Positions 37,301-50,074 of a DNA stretch of 53,143 nt are shown here, piece after piece. The notes below the pieces were generated by a model. It had not been told where the DNA came from and ran no database searches. It saw nothing but the letters and a program-made list of their open reading frames with translations. Position 1 is the stretch's first letter; each line of letters begins with the position of its first letter. The DNA is from Octopus bimaculoides (Eukaryota), in NCBI RefSeq assembly GCF_001194135.2, contig NC_068990.1:69225378-69278520 (forward strand), written 5' to 3'. The position numbers and the translations under genes were made by a program.

Positions 37301-38343
37301 TCCCGATTTCGCTTTTGCTTGCTCCATCAGATTATTCTGTCAAATGTAATCCTTATTTATTCATATTGTTTTGAATTAATCATGCATTATCTTATAGCTT
37401 CAAGATTTCAATGATGTGATTTTGTTTTATTTTTAGAATGAGATTGTAAGGTAAGTGTGAGAAGCAGGATCTGACTGATTTGAATATAAAAAAAGGTAAA
37501 ATATTTGGAACTAATATGGCTAGTTTAAATGCTAAGAGTTGAATACAACTTTTGGTTATTCCATGTTATTTGTTGTGAGGTAAGAAAATTTGTTAATTTA
37601 TGAACTACTGTTTCTCTCAACAATTGAATCTTATGGTATGGGAATTGTTATATGCCCCTAACATATGTGTTATATGTATCTGTTATAGTGCATCATGGCT
37701 CCTGCTGAGATTTGATCCCTGGTTCTCAGATTTTCTCAATCCAGAATCATAGCCTAACATATTTCCATGAAAGAAAAAGTGTTACTATAAAAGTTGTTAA
37801 AGCTTTTGTGAATATAACTCAACCACTCAGCACTGACTTATTGTGTTGATACGACCATTTTTAAAGTAGTGTGAAGTTTTCTCACCAAACAGCTTTACTG
37901 AAGATTCAGAAAAGTGGCTTGCAGATACAAAAAATTGGTAAATTCATTCTCAGGCCAGTGTCGCTCAGCCACCTAGAGGAATCTATGTCACTTGGATCAG
38001 TGAATTGGTCTCTCCTTGTCTTTCGCTTTTTTTCATGTAGCATGTTTATGTTGTACTCAACAAAGGCACCAATCTTCAGTTGTAGTTTCAAGTAACACAC
38101 ATTAATTATATGCAGTGATTTAAATTCTTTCTATTTATTTTGTCATCAAATACTAGGCACTACTTTTATAATATCATTTAGCATATTATATTACAGAAGA
38201 TTCAAAACTGTTATGCTTGTGGAACATTGTTCATTGAATGTACACTTGTAAATATTACTGATGCAGATTAATAAAATATTTGAAAATTCAATTAAATTTT
38301 AGTGTAGTCATTATCTTCAAACAGGGCCTAACTATATGAACAG

Positions 38344-38433
38344 TAAAGAAGAATATATAACTAAAGAAGAATATATAACTAAAGAAGAATATATAACTAA
38401 AGAAGAATATATAACTAAAGAAGAATATATAAC
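38344..38433. repeat. 18-bp minisatellite TAAAGAAGAATATATAAC x5
   Basis: Five perfect copies. Confidence 0.98.
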
Positions 38434-38694
38434 TAACAACCACACTACAGAAATATTATAAGTTATATTCATTATAGCATTGTATGAAGAATTGTAGAGA
38501 AAGTGAATGAAGAAATGGGAATAAAGAAAAAAGGTGATGATCTGTATCAAGCTGAAAATAGTAAAGTTTGAATGACTGGATGTGACCCAGACAGACTAAG
38601 TTTTTCTTCATTGCAAAAGTGGGCATAACATTTTGGTCTGACAAGTTATCCAAATTACTCATCAAAAGATTAATTCTACTTCTATACAAAGGGG

Positions 38695-39790
38695 CTACTC
38701 AATATAACTTCCACCACAAGTGGTGCATTTGCTCCATTGTTAAACCCAACACTCCAATATTATTCTAAAAGTTCAAGTGAGCACTGTTGTAGCTACTTCA
38801 TCATAGCTATTTTCATCTAATCTGTGTCAATGATCTGTTTCCCAAAGACTATTCTTTATTCAATTGAAAAGATGGACATTGGAGGGTACCAGTCCCTGAC
38901 TATATAGTGGATGAAGGTTCACTGACCAGTTTGATTTGATAATTGCTTGATTTGTTGCCAAAAATGTATGTGGTTGCATATTGTCATGATGAATGAGGAT
39001 TGTTTTAAAATTCTAGTTTTGGTCTCTTCTTCTTAATGGCTTCTCTAAGCTTTTTTTTTTTCATGCCTCAATGTACAGCTCACTACTCATAGTAGACCCA
39101 TGTTCCAGAAAATCAAGAAAAATTTCACTCTTGTCTTCACAAAAAACGATCACCATAACTTCTCTGTGCCAATCGCTAGCTTTTGAGCATCTTAAGCCAA
39201 GGAGAAGTGTGACCATTTCATGGTGTGAGTCTATGTTTCTGGATCATAAAGACATGCCCATGTTTCATCCCCAGCCACATTTTCAAGAGAAAATAACAGG
39301 TCTTCAATTACTTCAAATGCTTCCAGAAGATCAGAGCAAACTTCTGCACTTCTCTCTTTCAAATTGAATCCCAATTGCCAAGTTACGCACTTTACTCACA
39401 CTTTTTTGATAAACCGTCTTCCACCATCTTCTGAAATGCATTGTGACCATGGTCCATTTGTGCAAAAAAGCTCACGAATTGTGGCTCGTGTACCATTTGT
39501 ACAAAAAAGCTCACGAATTGTGGCTCGTGTACCATTTGTACCAAGCAAATTAATTCATCCACTCATTGGCAATTCAGGTCAGCAGTGTTAGTTGATGCTC
39601 TTCCATTGTGTAGTTTGTCTTCAATACTGGTTTCCCTCTTTTATAAATTCTTCAACAACTGGGCACATGGCTCTTGTCAATGGTGTCATCTCTGTAAATA
39701 AACTGTTGCTCTCAATGGATGTCAGACACCTTATACTCACCCTGCATTGAAAACTCAATGACAGCACATTGCTTGTGTTTGAAAACCGTT
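38695..39790 (-). pseudogene. Mariner (DD34D-type) transposase pseudogene, not in the ORF track
   Basis: QCAVIEF N-terminus, VAGDETWACLYDPET, ILIHHDNMQPHT, HPLYSQGLVPSNVHLF, WSKCTTCGGSYIE*; many stops and frameshifts; TIRs not confidently located. Confidence 0.92.
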
Positions 39791-40891
39791 ATTTGTCCTA
39801 CAATGAAGAAGAGGGAAAAGACTTACGATAGAGAAAAGGTTACATTCCAAGATGTGCAGGTTTGAATGACCAGTATAAACTAATAAAAAATGTTATGGAC
39901 ACTTTTGCATTACTTCCAATACAGCCTTCATGTATGAACATAAATGATGGTTTTCTTTGAGCTTTCTTTAAATTCTTCTTGAGAGAGTTCAAGCCAGTTG
40001 CTAACAAAGCGGAAAGACTTTTGGAATTAAGAGAGTTCCTAGTGTTTGCAAATTTGTTGGTACATAGCCTACTGCACCTATGATGAGAGGCAAAAATGAG
40101 AATTCGTAGTCAGGGTACAAGAGCTGTAAGTTCTACATTGATTCACCATAAATGTTCTCTTTTTCCTGGACTTTTAATTGTATGTATGTATGTGTGTGTG
40201 TGTGTATGTATATATGTATGTGTCTATATAGATATGTATATATATATATATATAGGAATATTGTTTTATATATTATTTTCTTCATTTTGTACTTTTTTGT
40301 ACTTCTTTGTAAAAAAACATCTTCATTCTCCTTCTTCTTGATAATTTGCTTCATCGCAATGAAAACCGGTTAGAAAAAATCTTTATTAAATTATGCTTCC
40401 AGTTCAGCATTCTGGCTTTTTTTCATTTTCCTATTATTTCTCCACGTGCGGTTAACACAACCCCACTATTTACTGACTTATANNNNNNNNNNNNNNNNNN
40501 NNNNNNNNNNNNNNNNNNNNNNNNNNNNNNNNNNNNNNNNNNNNNNNNNNNNNNNNNNNNNNNNNNNNNNNNNNNNNNNNNNNNNNNNNNNNNNNNNNNN
40601 NNNNNNNNNNNNNNNNNNNNNNNTATATATATATATATATATCCCGCGAGTAGATTGTTGTTAACCACACCGTAAACCTATTACCAAATTACATTTTAGT
40701 GTTTTGGGAGTTTGAAAAAGAATGTATAAACTATATTACATTACCTTTAATCAAGCAGTGATTGGGATTTTGAGCACCTCGGTAATTGTTTTTGTGTGCT
40801 TTATCAATAGAAAAGTTATTGACAACATTGCCTGTATGGTTATTCTATCACACTGTGTTGTGTGTGCATGTATGTATGCATGTATGTATGC

Positions 40892-40924
<33 letters not shown>

Positions 40925-41344
40925 TGTTAAGTATGTATGTCAGGTGTGTGCACATGTATGTTATGTATGTAAGTATGTATGTACCTATGTATATGTTTAT
41001 GTATGTATATACATATCTATGCATGTGTATATATTTATATATGTACATATCTGTGTTTGTGTATATATATGTATGTATATATGGACATATATATGTATTT
41101 GTGTGTGTATTTATGAATATACATATATATGTATGTGTGTATGTATGTGTGTATGTATGCGTTTGTGTGGGTGTTGGTGTGTGTGTGAGCATATGCATCA
41201 TAGATCACAGTAATTCACTTCACTCATGAAAGATAGAATTAACTGAACGAAGCTTGGTCGTCTCTTGATAAAATCCTGCGATATATTTATTGTTAGGAAG
41301 CACGAAATACACTTTTATAGAAAAGTACGTTACAGTGGGTGTGT

Positions 41345-41418
<74 letters not shown>

Positions 41419-42165
41419 TTAATGTTCGTGATGTCTGTGTGGGTGGATGAGTAGTGTGAGTAGTGATACAGCAAAGAAAAAGCATGAACGTGCGGAGAAA
41501 TATTAAATAATTGCTGGCAGAATTATTTCTCTCTCTCCCTTTCACACTCCATCTCTCTTTTCTCTATCTCTCTTTTCTCTCATACACACAACACACACAC
41601 ATACATACATATCTGTGTGTGTGTGTGTGTTTGTGTGTGTACAGATGTATACATATTTCTTTCATATACGCATACATGTACATATACCTATATCTATGTG
41701 CATGTATATGTATACAAATACACAAACATATGTGTATGTGTGTGTGTGTGTGTGTGTGTGCGTGTGCGTGTGCGTGTGTGTGTGTGTGTGTATGTGTGTG
41801 TGTGTGTGTGTGTTTGGGGATCAAGAGAAAGACAGAAAGAGAAATAAGTAGGAAGGAAGGAGTGAGGAGGAAAGGAAACCGAAATTAGCTGCAAAGGGAA
41901 ATAACTTAAGGTAGTCAATGGCATGAATTTGGATAACAGCAATGCAGAAAGGTATACTGGATACCAGAGAAGATAGATTTTTGATTTATTAAAAGCTTGT
42001 TTCTTTTGAGAGAAAAGTAAACAAATAGCCAGTGGCAATTGCAACTGACTCTGAATGAAAAAGTGAGACAATCTCAGGCAATCAATAATTCCCAGAAATT
42101 AATATGGTATCAATGAAAAAATAGCTTATTCTTTCTTTTTCTGGAAACCAGGAAGCACCTTGATA

Positions 42166-42241
42166 TATATCAGCCGAAACGTGTTAACAACAAACAAGAT
42201 GAGGACAAATATCCATCAAATGTAAATAATGTAAATAATGT
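42166..42241 (+). mobile_element. Partial Penelope-type terminus (same family as 4781-5025)
   Basis: tatatcagccgaaacgtgttaacaacaaacaagatgaggacaaatatcc...tgtaaataatgtaaataatgt. Confidence 0.7.
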
Positions 42242-43259
42242 CCTTATAAGGTATCAAACTAATTTATGTCATATTTATATAAGATATTGAGGAACAAAGA
42301 TATATCAATATGGTAGGAAACAAATAAGATTCAGGGAATGAAATTTGATAGTGATTCAGCTTAGGTTGAATTTGCTAGTGATTCTACTTCCAGGTAGAAG
42401 AAAATTTGAGGGACCCTTAATATTGATTCAACCTAGATAGGCAAGTAAAATTCATGGGTTCACTGGTGCAAAACTCACAAGTGATGAACTGAAAGGTGCA
42501 GACAGTCCTTCACAACTTTTTCTGTGAGAGATGAATATTAAAGGCAGCATCAATTCCATCATTAGAAGATTATGGCATATAGCAACAGCGAAAATAAAAT
42601 ACACCTTCCTATCCATTTGAATAAACAGAACTGCAGTATGGCAGCACTTTGTTACAAAAACAAGTGCATCTGTCTTTTTGTCTTTTTCTCTTTCTCTTTT
42701 TTTCTTTTTCCCTCTCACACATACACACACTCTTTCTTTCTCGCCCTCTTCCCCACACATGAGCAAATGATGGGCATTTCAAGAGTTCTGAGTGTCTATG
42801 ATCCATAATAAATATAGACCTGGACGATGCTTTTTATGAAGAGAGAGGGGTACTTCGAGTCTACTGTTAAACCTATCCTATATAGGTTTAAACAGCAGGT
42901 TTAATAGATTTAAACAGCATTTGTCGCCCGGGGATGGCGACAAATTCATTGGCTTCCCTGGTCTGTGGCACACACTCTAGCTATGTCACTGTAACAGGAA
43001 CTGAAAACTTCTGCGTTTTCTACAAATATTTGGATATATATGAGGTTAACACTGTGTATGAAAAATGTTGCAATGAGAATGAAAAATGGATGTTTTGACA
43101 GTGCAAAAACAAAACATATGTTTAAAATTTATCTCAGTAGCAACACATTTTAGGGAAGCAGCACACTTGTTGTCCCATCTATAGAATTTGGTATTATGAC
43201 ATATTTAGATTTATGTGAGAAAGTGCTGTAGATTGTGTGATATGAGAAATCTATTTAAA

Positions 43260-43920
43260 AAATACTCCATATAGCCCTGAAGTTAAGAAGCTCGCTTTTC
43301 AACCTTGTTGTTTCAGGTTCTATTTCACTATACGGCAACTTGGGCAAGTATTTTCTACAATAACCCCGGGTTGCCCAATGCTTTGTGAGCGAAGTTGATA
43401 GAAGGAAACTGTGTAGAATCCCGTCTTGTATATATGTTTGTGTTTGTGTGTGTGTGTGTCTGTCACCACCCACACACACTGTGTTTACTTAGTGGATCGG
43501 CACAAGGAACCGATAAAATAAGTACCAAATTTTTTTTAAATAGATATTAAAAAAACATCAAGATGGTGCCATAGCATGGGCGCACTCCAATGAGAGAAAC
43601 AATTAAAAGATAAAAAGTTCTACACAGTAAATTTGACATCCATCTACTGTAGAACCTTTGCAATACCGGAACTAACAGTCACCACTATAAGTAATATATA
43701 TATATATATATAGTTACAAAGCGGTGAGCTGACAGACTTGTTCTCATGCCGGGCAGCATTTCGTCTGCCTCTATATTCGGAGTTCAAATTCCGTTGAGGT
43801 CGACTTTGCTTTTCATCCTTTCGAGGTCGTTAAAATAAACACTAGCTGAATGTTGGAGTCAATGTAATCGACTTACCCTATCTCCCAAATTTGCTGGCCT
43901 TGTGCTAAAATTTTAAATCA
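43260..43920. mobile_element. Cluster of SINE fragments (~43260-43330 minus; ~43330-43620 plus; ~43715-43920 plus)
   Basis: cttgggcaagta..ggaaactgtgtagaatccc; aaagcggtgagctgacag..gagttcaaattcc..gtcgactttgc. Confidence 0.8.
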
Positions 43921-44330
43921 ATATTTATTGTTACTAAAATATACTGTATTTTCCCAAATATTACAAGGATATTTTGTAGAAAGAGCAAATTTTGTATGAT
44001 TCATCATAGACCTATTTCATGTGGATTTGTGAAGAAAGAAGTATTATTCTGTGTATTTTAAATACAATATTGCGATATTATACTGGAATAAATTATGAAA
44101 CCATAAATTTAACATAAACTAGGATCTTTTTTGTTTGGCTAGCACTTTTCAGTTTCTTTAATTTTGTTCCGATTGATTTCAAACTTGGTGTATTGGTGTA
44201 GTTTAGTATGTAAATTATAGAAATGAAATTCATTTTGTCATAAATTAATAAATAAAAAGTTAATAGCTTTTAAAGTTTACAAATTTTGGGTAATTGTAAC
44301 CAGTTGTAAACGACAGACACATTGGTGCCT

Positions 44331-44344
44331 GTTTCCATAGTAAC
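44331..44344. promoter_or_regulatory. RFX X-box-like motif GTTTCCATAGTAAC
   Basis: Fits GTTNCCATRGNAAC, lies in apparently unique sequence with CpGs. Confidence 0.45.
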
Positions 44345-44983
44345 AAGCCAAATTGTTGTCTGCTTGGAACTACGACAAGTTACAACAACCACTACAAGAA
44401 TTCGTTTTAGAATTTTCGCCATAAGAAGTGTATTAATTGTCAGCATGAACTCAACTATTACTGCAATATAACGTACAGTTTTTTTCTATTTTTTTTCTTC
44501 TTTTTTTTTAAAATTGTTTACATGTGTTTGTTCTGCATTCCTTTTATCAGACAGAAAAATTAATGGGCCTTTTCTGCTGCTGTCCAGTTTTTGATATTTT
44601 CAGAGTGAAAATTTTCAAATTTGATATATTGATCTAATTTTTCACGTTGAATCTGATTTTGTTATTTACTTGTTCCAGAAAAAATTTCACTTCATTTTCA
44701 AAATTTCAAAAAGTGAAAACGAAACAGAAAAGATTCATAAACTAAGTTAAGGGAGTACCGTATCTCAGCTTTATCACCTTTCAAATCAACTATATAGTTA
44801 TTTATATTTTGGTCAAGAGAGTTGCCATGCAGGATGTGAAAGTCACATTTCTGGCTATGACGTTTCATGTAATTTGAATCAGACACCAGGATAGTGCACC
44901 ACTGCTATAGTTTTGCAAATAGCAGACAGGAGAACGAAAGTTTAACATTCCTTTCATCTTTGTAGGGAATCTTTCGTTTAGAT

Positions 44984-45256
44984 CAGCAGTTCTCAACTAT
45001 TTTTTACCTATGGACCCATTTGATTCCTATTTTACTCAGGTGGACCCCTCAGTTATTTTATATTTAAAAGATCGTATCATATCTTTATAACTAAATATTA
45101 TAAGAAATTGTATTTAAAAAATTGTTTAAATATTTCGTATATTGTAAAAGTAGAACCAATTTATAATGCATAATTTTTAACAACAAAATCTTATATGGAT
45201 CCTCAAGTATAATAAAGATCCCCAAGGATCATATAGATCCCGGTTGAGAACCACTA
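44984..45256. mobile_element. hAT (Charlie-like) MITE, 273 bp
   Basis: TIRs CAGCAGTTCTCAAC / GTTGAGAACCACTA; 8-bp TSD gtttagat / atttagat. Confidence 0.85.
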
Positions 45257-45829
45257 ATTTAGATCATTAAAAACTGCTTCATAAAGATAATTGTCATTAT
45301 ATAATGCATGACAAATCAGGAGTCGGATTTTATCTGCTTGGAAAGGAGGTAGGATGAGATGGTGAGACATTTCCACATAACTGTCAACATATCGTAAGCA
45401 GATTTTCCTAAGCTCGTGGTAACAGACTCTGATAATTTGACTTGTTTTCAGTATTCTGTTATCAGTTATAATTTTGGTGCCTAACCGATTTAGGTTCATC
45501 TAGTTCGCTAGTCTATGACACTCGGCCTCCTATCCGTGTTACGGCGGCATTAGACACAAAACTATTTAGTGATACATTTAATTATTATTTTTTTTAAATA
45601 TTCGTCATATACAACGATAATTATCGTAGCTGACAAATATTGCCTATGGGAAATATATCGTAAAACAATGCCCAACATCGTATCAGGAGGACCTCCACGA
45701 GTTCCGACAAAATATACTTGAACATAGGACCTAGCGAAAGTAGTTCTATTTACTTTAACCAACTTTCAACTGCTTCTTGAAAAACCTTCCGGATATTTAT
45801 GTAAACCCACCCACCCATCTCTTATGATC

Positions 45830-47387
45830 CCTTATTTGGTGGTCAATGAGGAAACTAGGGATAGATGAATGGTTAGTGAGAGCTGTGCGAGCCATGTACA
45901 GAGACGCTTTCAGTAAGGTAAGGGTTGGCAATGAGTACAGTGAAGAATTCCGGGTACAGGCAGGGGTCCACCAAGGTTCTGTCCTCAGCCCCCTCCTATT
46001 TATCATAGTCCTGCAGGCGATAAAAGAGAAATTCAGGACAGGATGCCCTTGAGAGCTCCTCTATGCTGATGACCTTGCACTAATTGCTGAGTCACTATCG
46101 GAACTAGAGAAGTTTCAGGTGTGGAAGCAGGGACTAGAATCGAAGGGCCTTGGAGTCAACCCAGCTAAAACCAAAGTCCTAATAAGTAGGAAGGTAAACA
46201 AAACACAACCCCCTTCAGGTAGATGGCCCTGCTCGATCTGTAGAAAAGGTGTAGGTAGAAACTCTATAAGATGTACCCAGTGCAAGCTATGGACACATAA
46301 GAGGTGCAACAATATCAAAGGCAGGTTAACTAGGAAGTTAGTTTTTGTATGTGGCAGATGTTCAGGTGCAATAAACACTGAAAATATGCAGAAAACAACT
46401 TCTGTCACATTCCAGGGAGAAAAACTAGAGGTAGTTGATAGCTTCCGCTATCTGGGTGACAAAGTTAGTAGTGGGGGAAGCTGCACTGAAAGTATAGCTA
46501 CTAGAATAAGAATAGCCTGGGCAAAGTTCAGAGAGCTCTTACCTCTGTTGGCGACAAAGGGCCTCTCACTCAGAGTAAAAGGCAGACTGTATGACGCATG
46601 TGTACGAACAGCCATGCTACATGACAGTGAAACATGGGCCGTGAGTGCTGAGGACATGCGTAAGCTCGCAAGGAATGAAGTCAGTATGCTCCGATGGATG
46701 AGTAATGTAAGTGTGCATACCCGACAGAGTATAAGTATTTTGAAAGAAAAGTTGAACCTAAGAAGCTTCAGTTCTGCTGTGCAAGACAGATGATTGCGCT
46801 GGTATGGACATGTGGCGAGAATGGATGAGGATAGCTGTGCGAAAAAGTGCCACACCCTAGCGGTTGAGGGAACCCGTGGAAGAGGCAGTCCCAGGAAGAC
46901 CTGGGATGAGGTGGTGAAGCACGACCTTGTGACCGAGACCTTTGGAAATATGCTGTGCATGAGAAGACCAAGCAAGCCAAGTGAGACCAAAATCCAAGGC
47001 CTCTGCCAGGGATGTAGCCAGCCCACTTACGCGTAACATTCCTTCATTGGACACTAAACTCTGCTTGCAAAGACCTGTTGAGGCAAGTGAAATCGAAATC
47101 GAACTAAATTTGTAGACTGGCACCCATGCCAACGTCTCTTTCATTGAACACTAAACTCGGCTTGCGAAGACCTGTTGGGGCAAGCAAAAGCGAAATCGAG
47201 ATGGCACCTGTACCAATGGAGCACTAAGAGCACCGTCCGAGCATGATCGATGCCAGAGCACCAGCTGTCTGGCTTCCGTGCCGGCGGCACGTAAATAGCA
47301 CCATTTGAGCGTGATCGTTACCAACGTCGCCTCCCTGGCACTTGTGCCAGTGGCACGTGAAAAGACATTCGAGCGAGAACGTTGCCA
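45830..47387 (+). mobile_element. RTE LINE, 5'-truncated: RT core, C-terminus and 3'-UTR
   Basis: GVHQGSVLSPLLF, LYADDLA (46062-46073), VVDSFRYLGD, LRWYGHVARM, GRGSPRKTW; in-frame stops; tandem ~105-bp repeat in the 3'-UTR. Confidence 0.96.
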
Positions 47388-49455
47388 GAACTCCATTCTG
47401 ATATCAGCACTGAAAGTATACACCGTGTCAACGAGGGAACTGACTTGGGCTTCATCTTTACCGTAAAGTTTGAGGTCATCCATGAATAGCAAATGGTTGA
47501 CTTTTTGTTGGCAGCTTTTGAATACATACCCAGATTTTGCTTTCCTCAAAATCAGTGTTAGTGGTATCAAATACAGTACACAGATCAGTGGGGACAGGCA
47601 GTACCCTTGGAAGATGCCCCTCCTGATTTCTACTCTCCCTAAACTTCTTCCGTACGGTGTCAGGTCCGTCCTCCAATTCGCCATACTTTTTCCAAGCAAT
47701 CGCTCAACATTCGATGCAATACCAAATAGATTCATACATTCCATTATCTAAGTGTGTGGGATCATATTGTACGCCTTACAATAGTCGATCCATGACATGG
47801 CTAAGTTACTTTTCCTCATCCAGCAGTCTCTAAGTACAGTTTTGTCTACCAGGAGATGATCCTTGGTACCTCTGCACTTACGCTTGCAACCCTTCTGCTC
47901 ATGTGGCAGGACTCCAATTTTTCCAGATGTTCGTACATTGACTTTGCGAGTATTCCAGTCAATAATTTCCGCATAAGTGGCAGACAGGATATCGGCCTGT
48001 AATTGTCTGCGTATTGCCTTTTTCGATATTTTTCAAGCACAGCACTGTCCTACCCAATGTCAACCACTCTAGTGTTACTTGGTCGGCATTTAACAAGGTG
48101 TTGAATTGCGCAACTATTCGTGCAGGACATTCACCAAATCTTTTGATCCAGTAGCCTTGGACTCCATCTGGTCCCGGGGCCTTCCAGTTGCTCATTTTTT
48201 TTTTTTTTTTTTTGCTGATTTCCTTCACTTCCCTCAGTGAAATGACTAGTTCTGCCTGTTCGGGACAGACTGCTGTTTGTTTCAGTTCTTGCAACCATTC
48301 AGCATCCTTCTTGTGCTCCTTGTCTTTGCTCCAGATGTCACTCCAAAACCTTTGACTTTCAATGTTATCTGGTATCAACTTTTCATCTGTATACTCTCCA
48401 TTCAATTCTTTATAGAATCTCTTCTGATCTACTCTGAATAACCTATTCTGGTGATGATCCTTCATTCTTTGGTAGTATCTTACCATCTTTGCTTTCTTTG
48501 CAACAAGGCGCTGTTTCAGTTCCTCCATTACCACTTTCAGGCCCTTTCTTTCAATATTATACTTCCTTTCCAGTACCCTGTATTTTTGTTCACTTTTCTT
48601 CTTTTTTTTTTTTTTTTTGACATCAACACCCACATTATCTGCTACCAGAATACTTGCTGCCTTGATCAAATTATTTGTTTCTGTGATGTTGTTTGTTCTG
48701 ATGTATTTCAGAATTTCATTGACATTTATAGTTTCTTGGTTCAATTTCCACCGATCAACCTTTTTAAGGTTTCAAATAATGTCGCTATCGTTCTCCTGTC
48801 GTCTTGCCTTTATTCTGTCGTAGATTGCCTCTTTTTCATGTCATGTCACCATAAATTTTATTGTCTTCTTTTAGATCATCTATATGTCTCTCGTCAAGTA
48901 AACTACCACTGCTCCTTTCCTGTGCTACGAGATTACTTCTATTAATAAGAACTGTATTTTCATTGTTATCTCTGCTGCTATTTTCCAAGACCCGTCTTTT
49001 GATAGCTTCGAGCTTTACTTCCGTGAATCAATGATTTTTTCTTATTGCTCTAGCTTGATTACATAGTCTCAGTTGAAACAATCCCTTTTCCCTCCAATGA
49101 TCATACATACGTTGTTGGTAACCCCTAATTTGAGCACCATTTTCATCTACCGGGCTGCTCAGGCAGTGACACTCCATGACCACAGCATTAATTTGCTTGT
49201 TCCTTCTACGCCGTGTGGTCCCTTTCTGGATATCGACAGGCTGGAGCCGGACCAGGATCTCTGAGCCTACCGGGTGCAACACTGTCACTATCAAGGACTT
49301 CAGTTTTATTACCACCGTTATTCACAATATTTTGTTTTTTCATTGTCACTCATATGATGTAGCGATTATCAGGTTGCGCAATTACCTGTGTTTTTATTGT
49401 GACACAATCACAAGATGTATCTTGTAATCAGGACATGGAGAGGCTCCACCTGCTT
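47388..49455 (-). mobile_element. R4/Dong-clade non-LTR retrotransposon, 5' region to RT core
   Basis: VVMECH...[60 protein letters not shown]; (TAA)n at its 5' flank (~49462-49488). Confidence 0.85.
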
Positions 49456-49911
49456 CCTTTCAGTATTATTATTATTATTATTATTATCATTTTCATCACT
49501 GATATCACTGATATTATTGTTTTTATACTTTTAATAATTGTCATTGTTATATTAACAGACTCAGAGGTTACATAGGCCTATGCAGAGCAGGGGTGGCACC
49601 AATTTCCAGTGCTGTTCACATGGACAGCCGCATAGAAAATTATACTATTTGATCCAGCCTTCCTCAGCGATGTTCTTTCTAGAGAGTCCATTGCTCACTT
49701 GTAATCTTCTTCGGTGAACAGGCTCTTCTTCAGTCTTCTGTCACCGTTGTCAATTACTGCCTTTATTGCTGTATCTATGTGTAGTAGCAGCAGTGGTGAC
49801 AGCAGCAGCAGCAACAGTAGTAGGGGTGGGAGTAGTGGTAGTAGTGGTAGTTGGGCCTCAGATTCCTGTGCTATCAGAATAGTAGTAGTTGTAGTATTAG
49901 CAGCTGCAGCA

Positions 49912-49980
<69 letters not shown>

Positions 49981-50010
49981 CATTATTATTATTATTATTA
50001 NNNNNNNNNN

Positions 50011-50047
<37 letters not shown>

Positions 50048-50074
50048 CATTATTATTATTATTATTATTATTGA

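Noticed and set aside
38344-38433. Regular repeats as a possible CRISPR array (also 9774-9835, 39454-39541)
   Set aside because: Head-to-tail with no unique spacers, no cas genes, eukaryotic context
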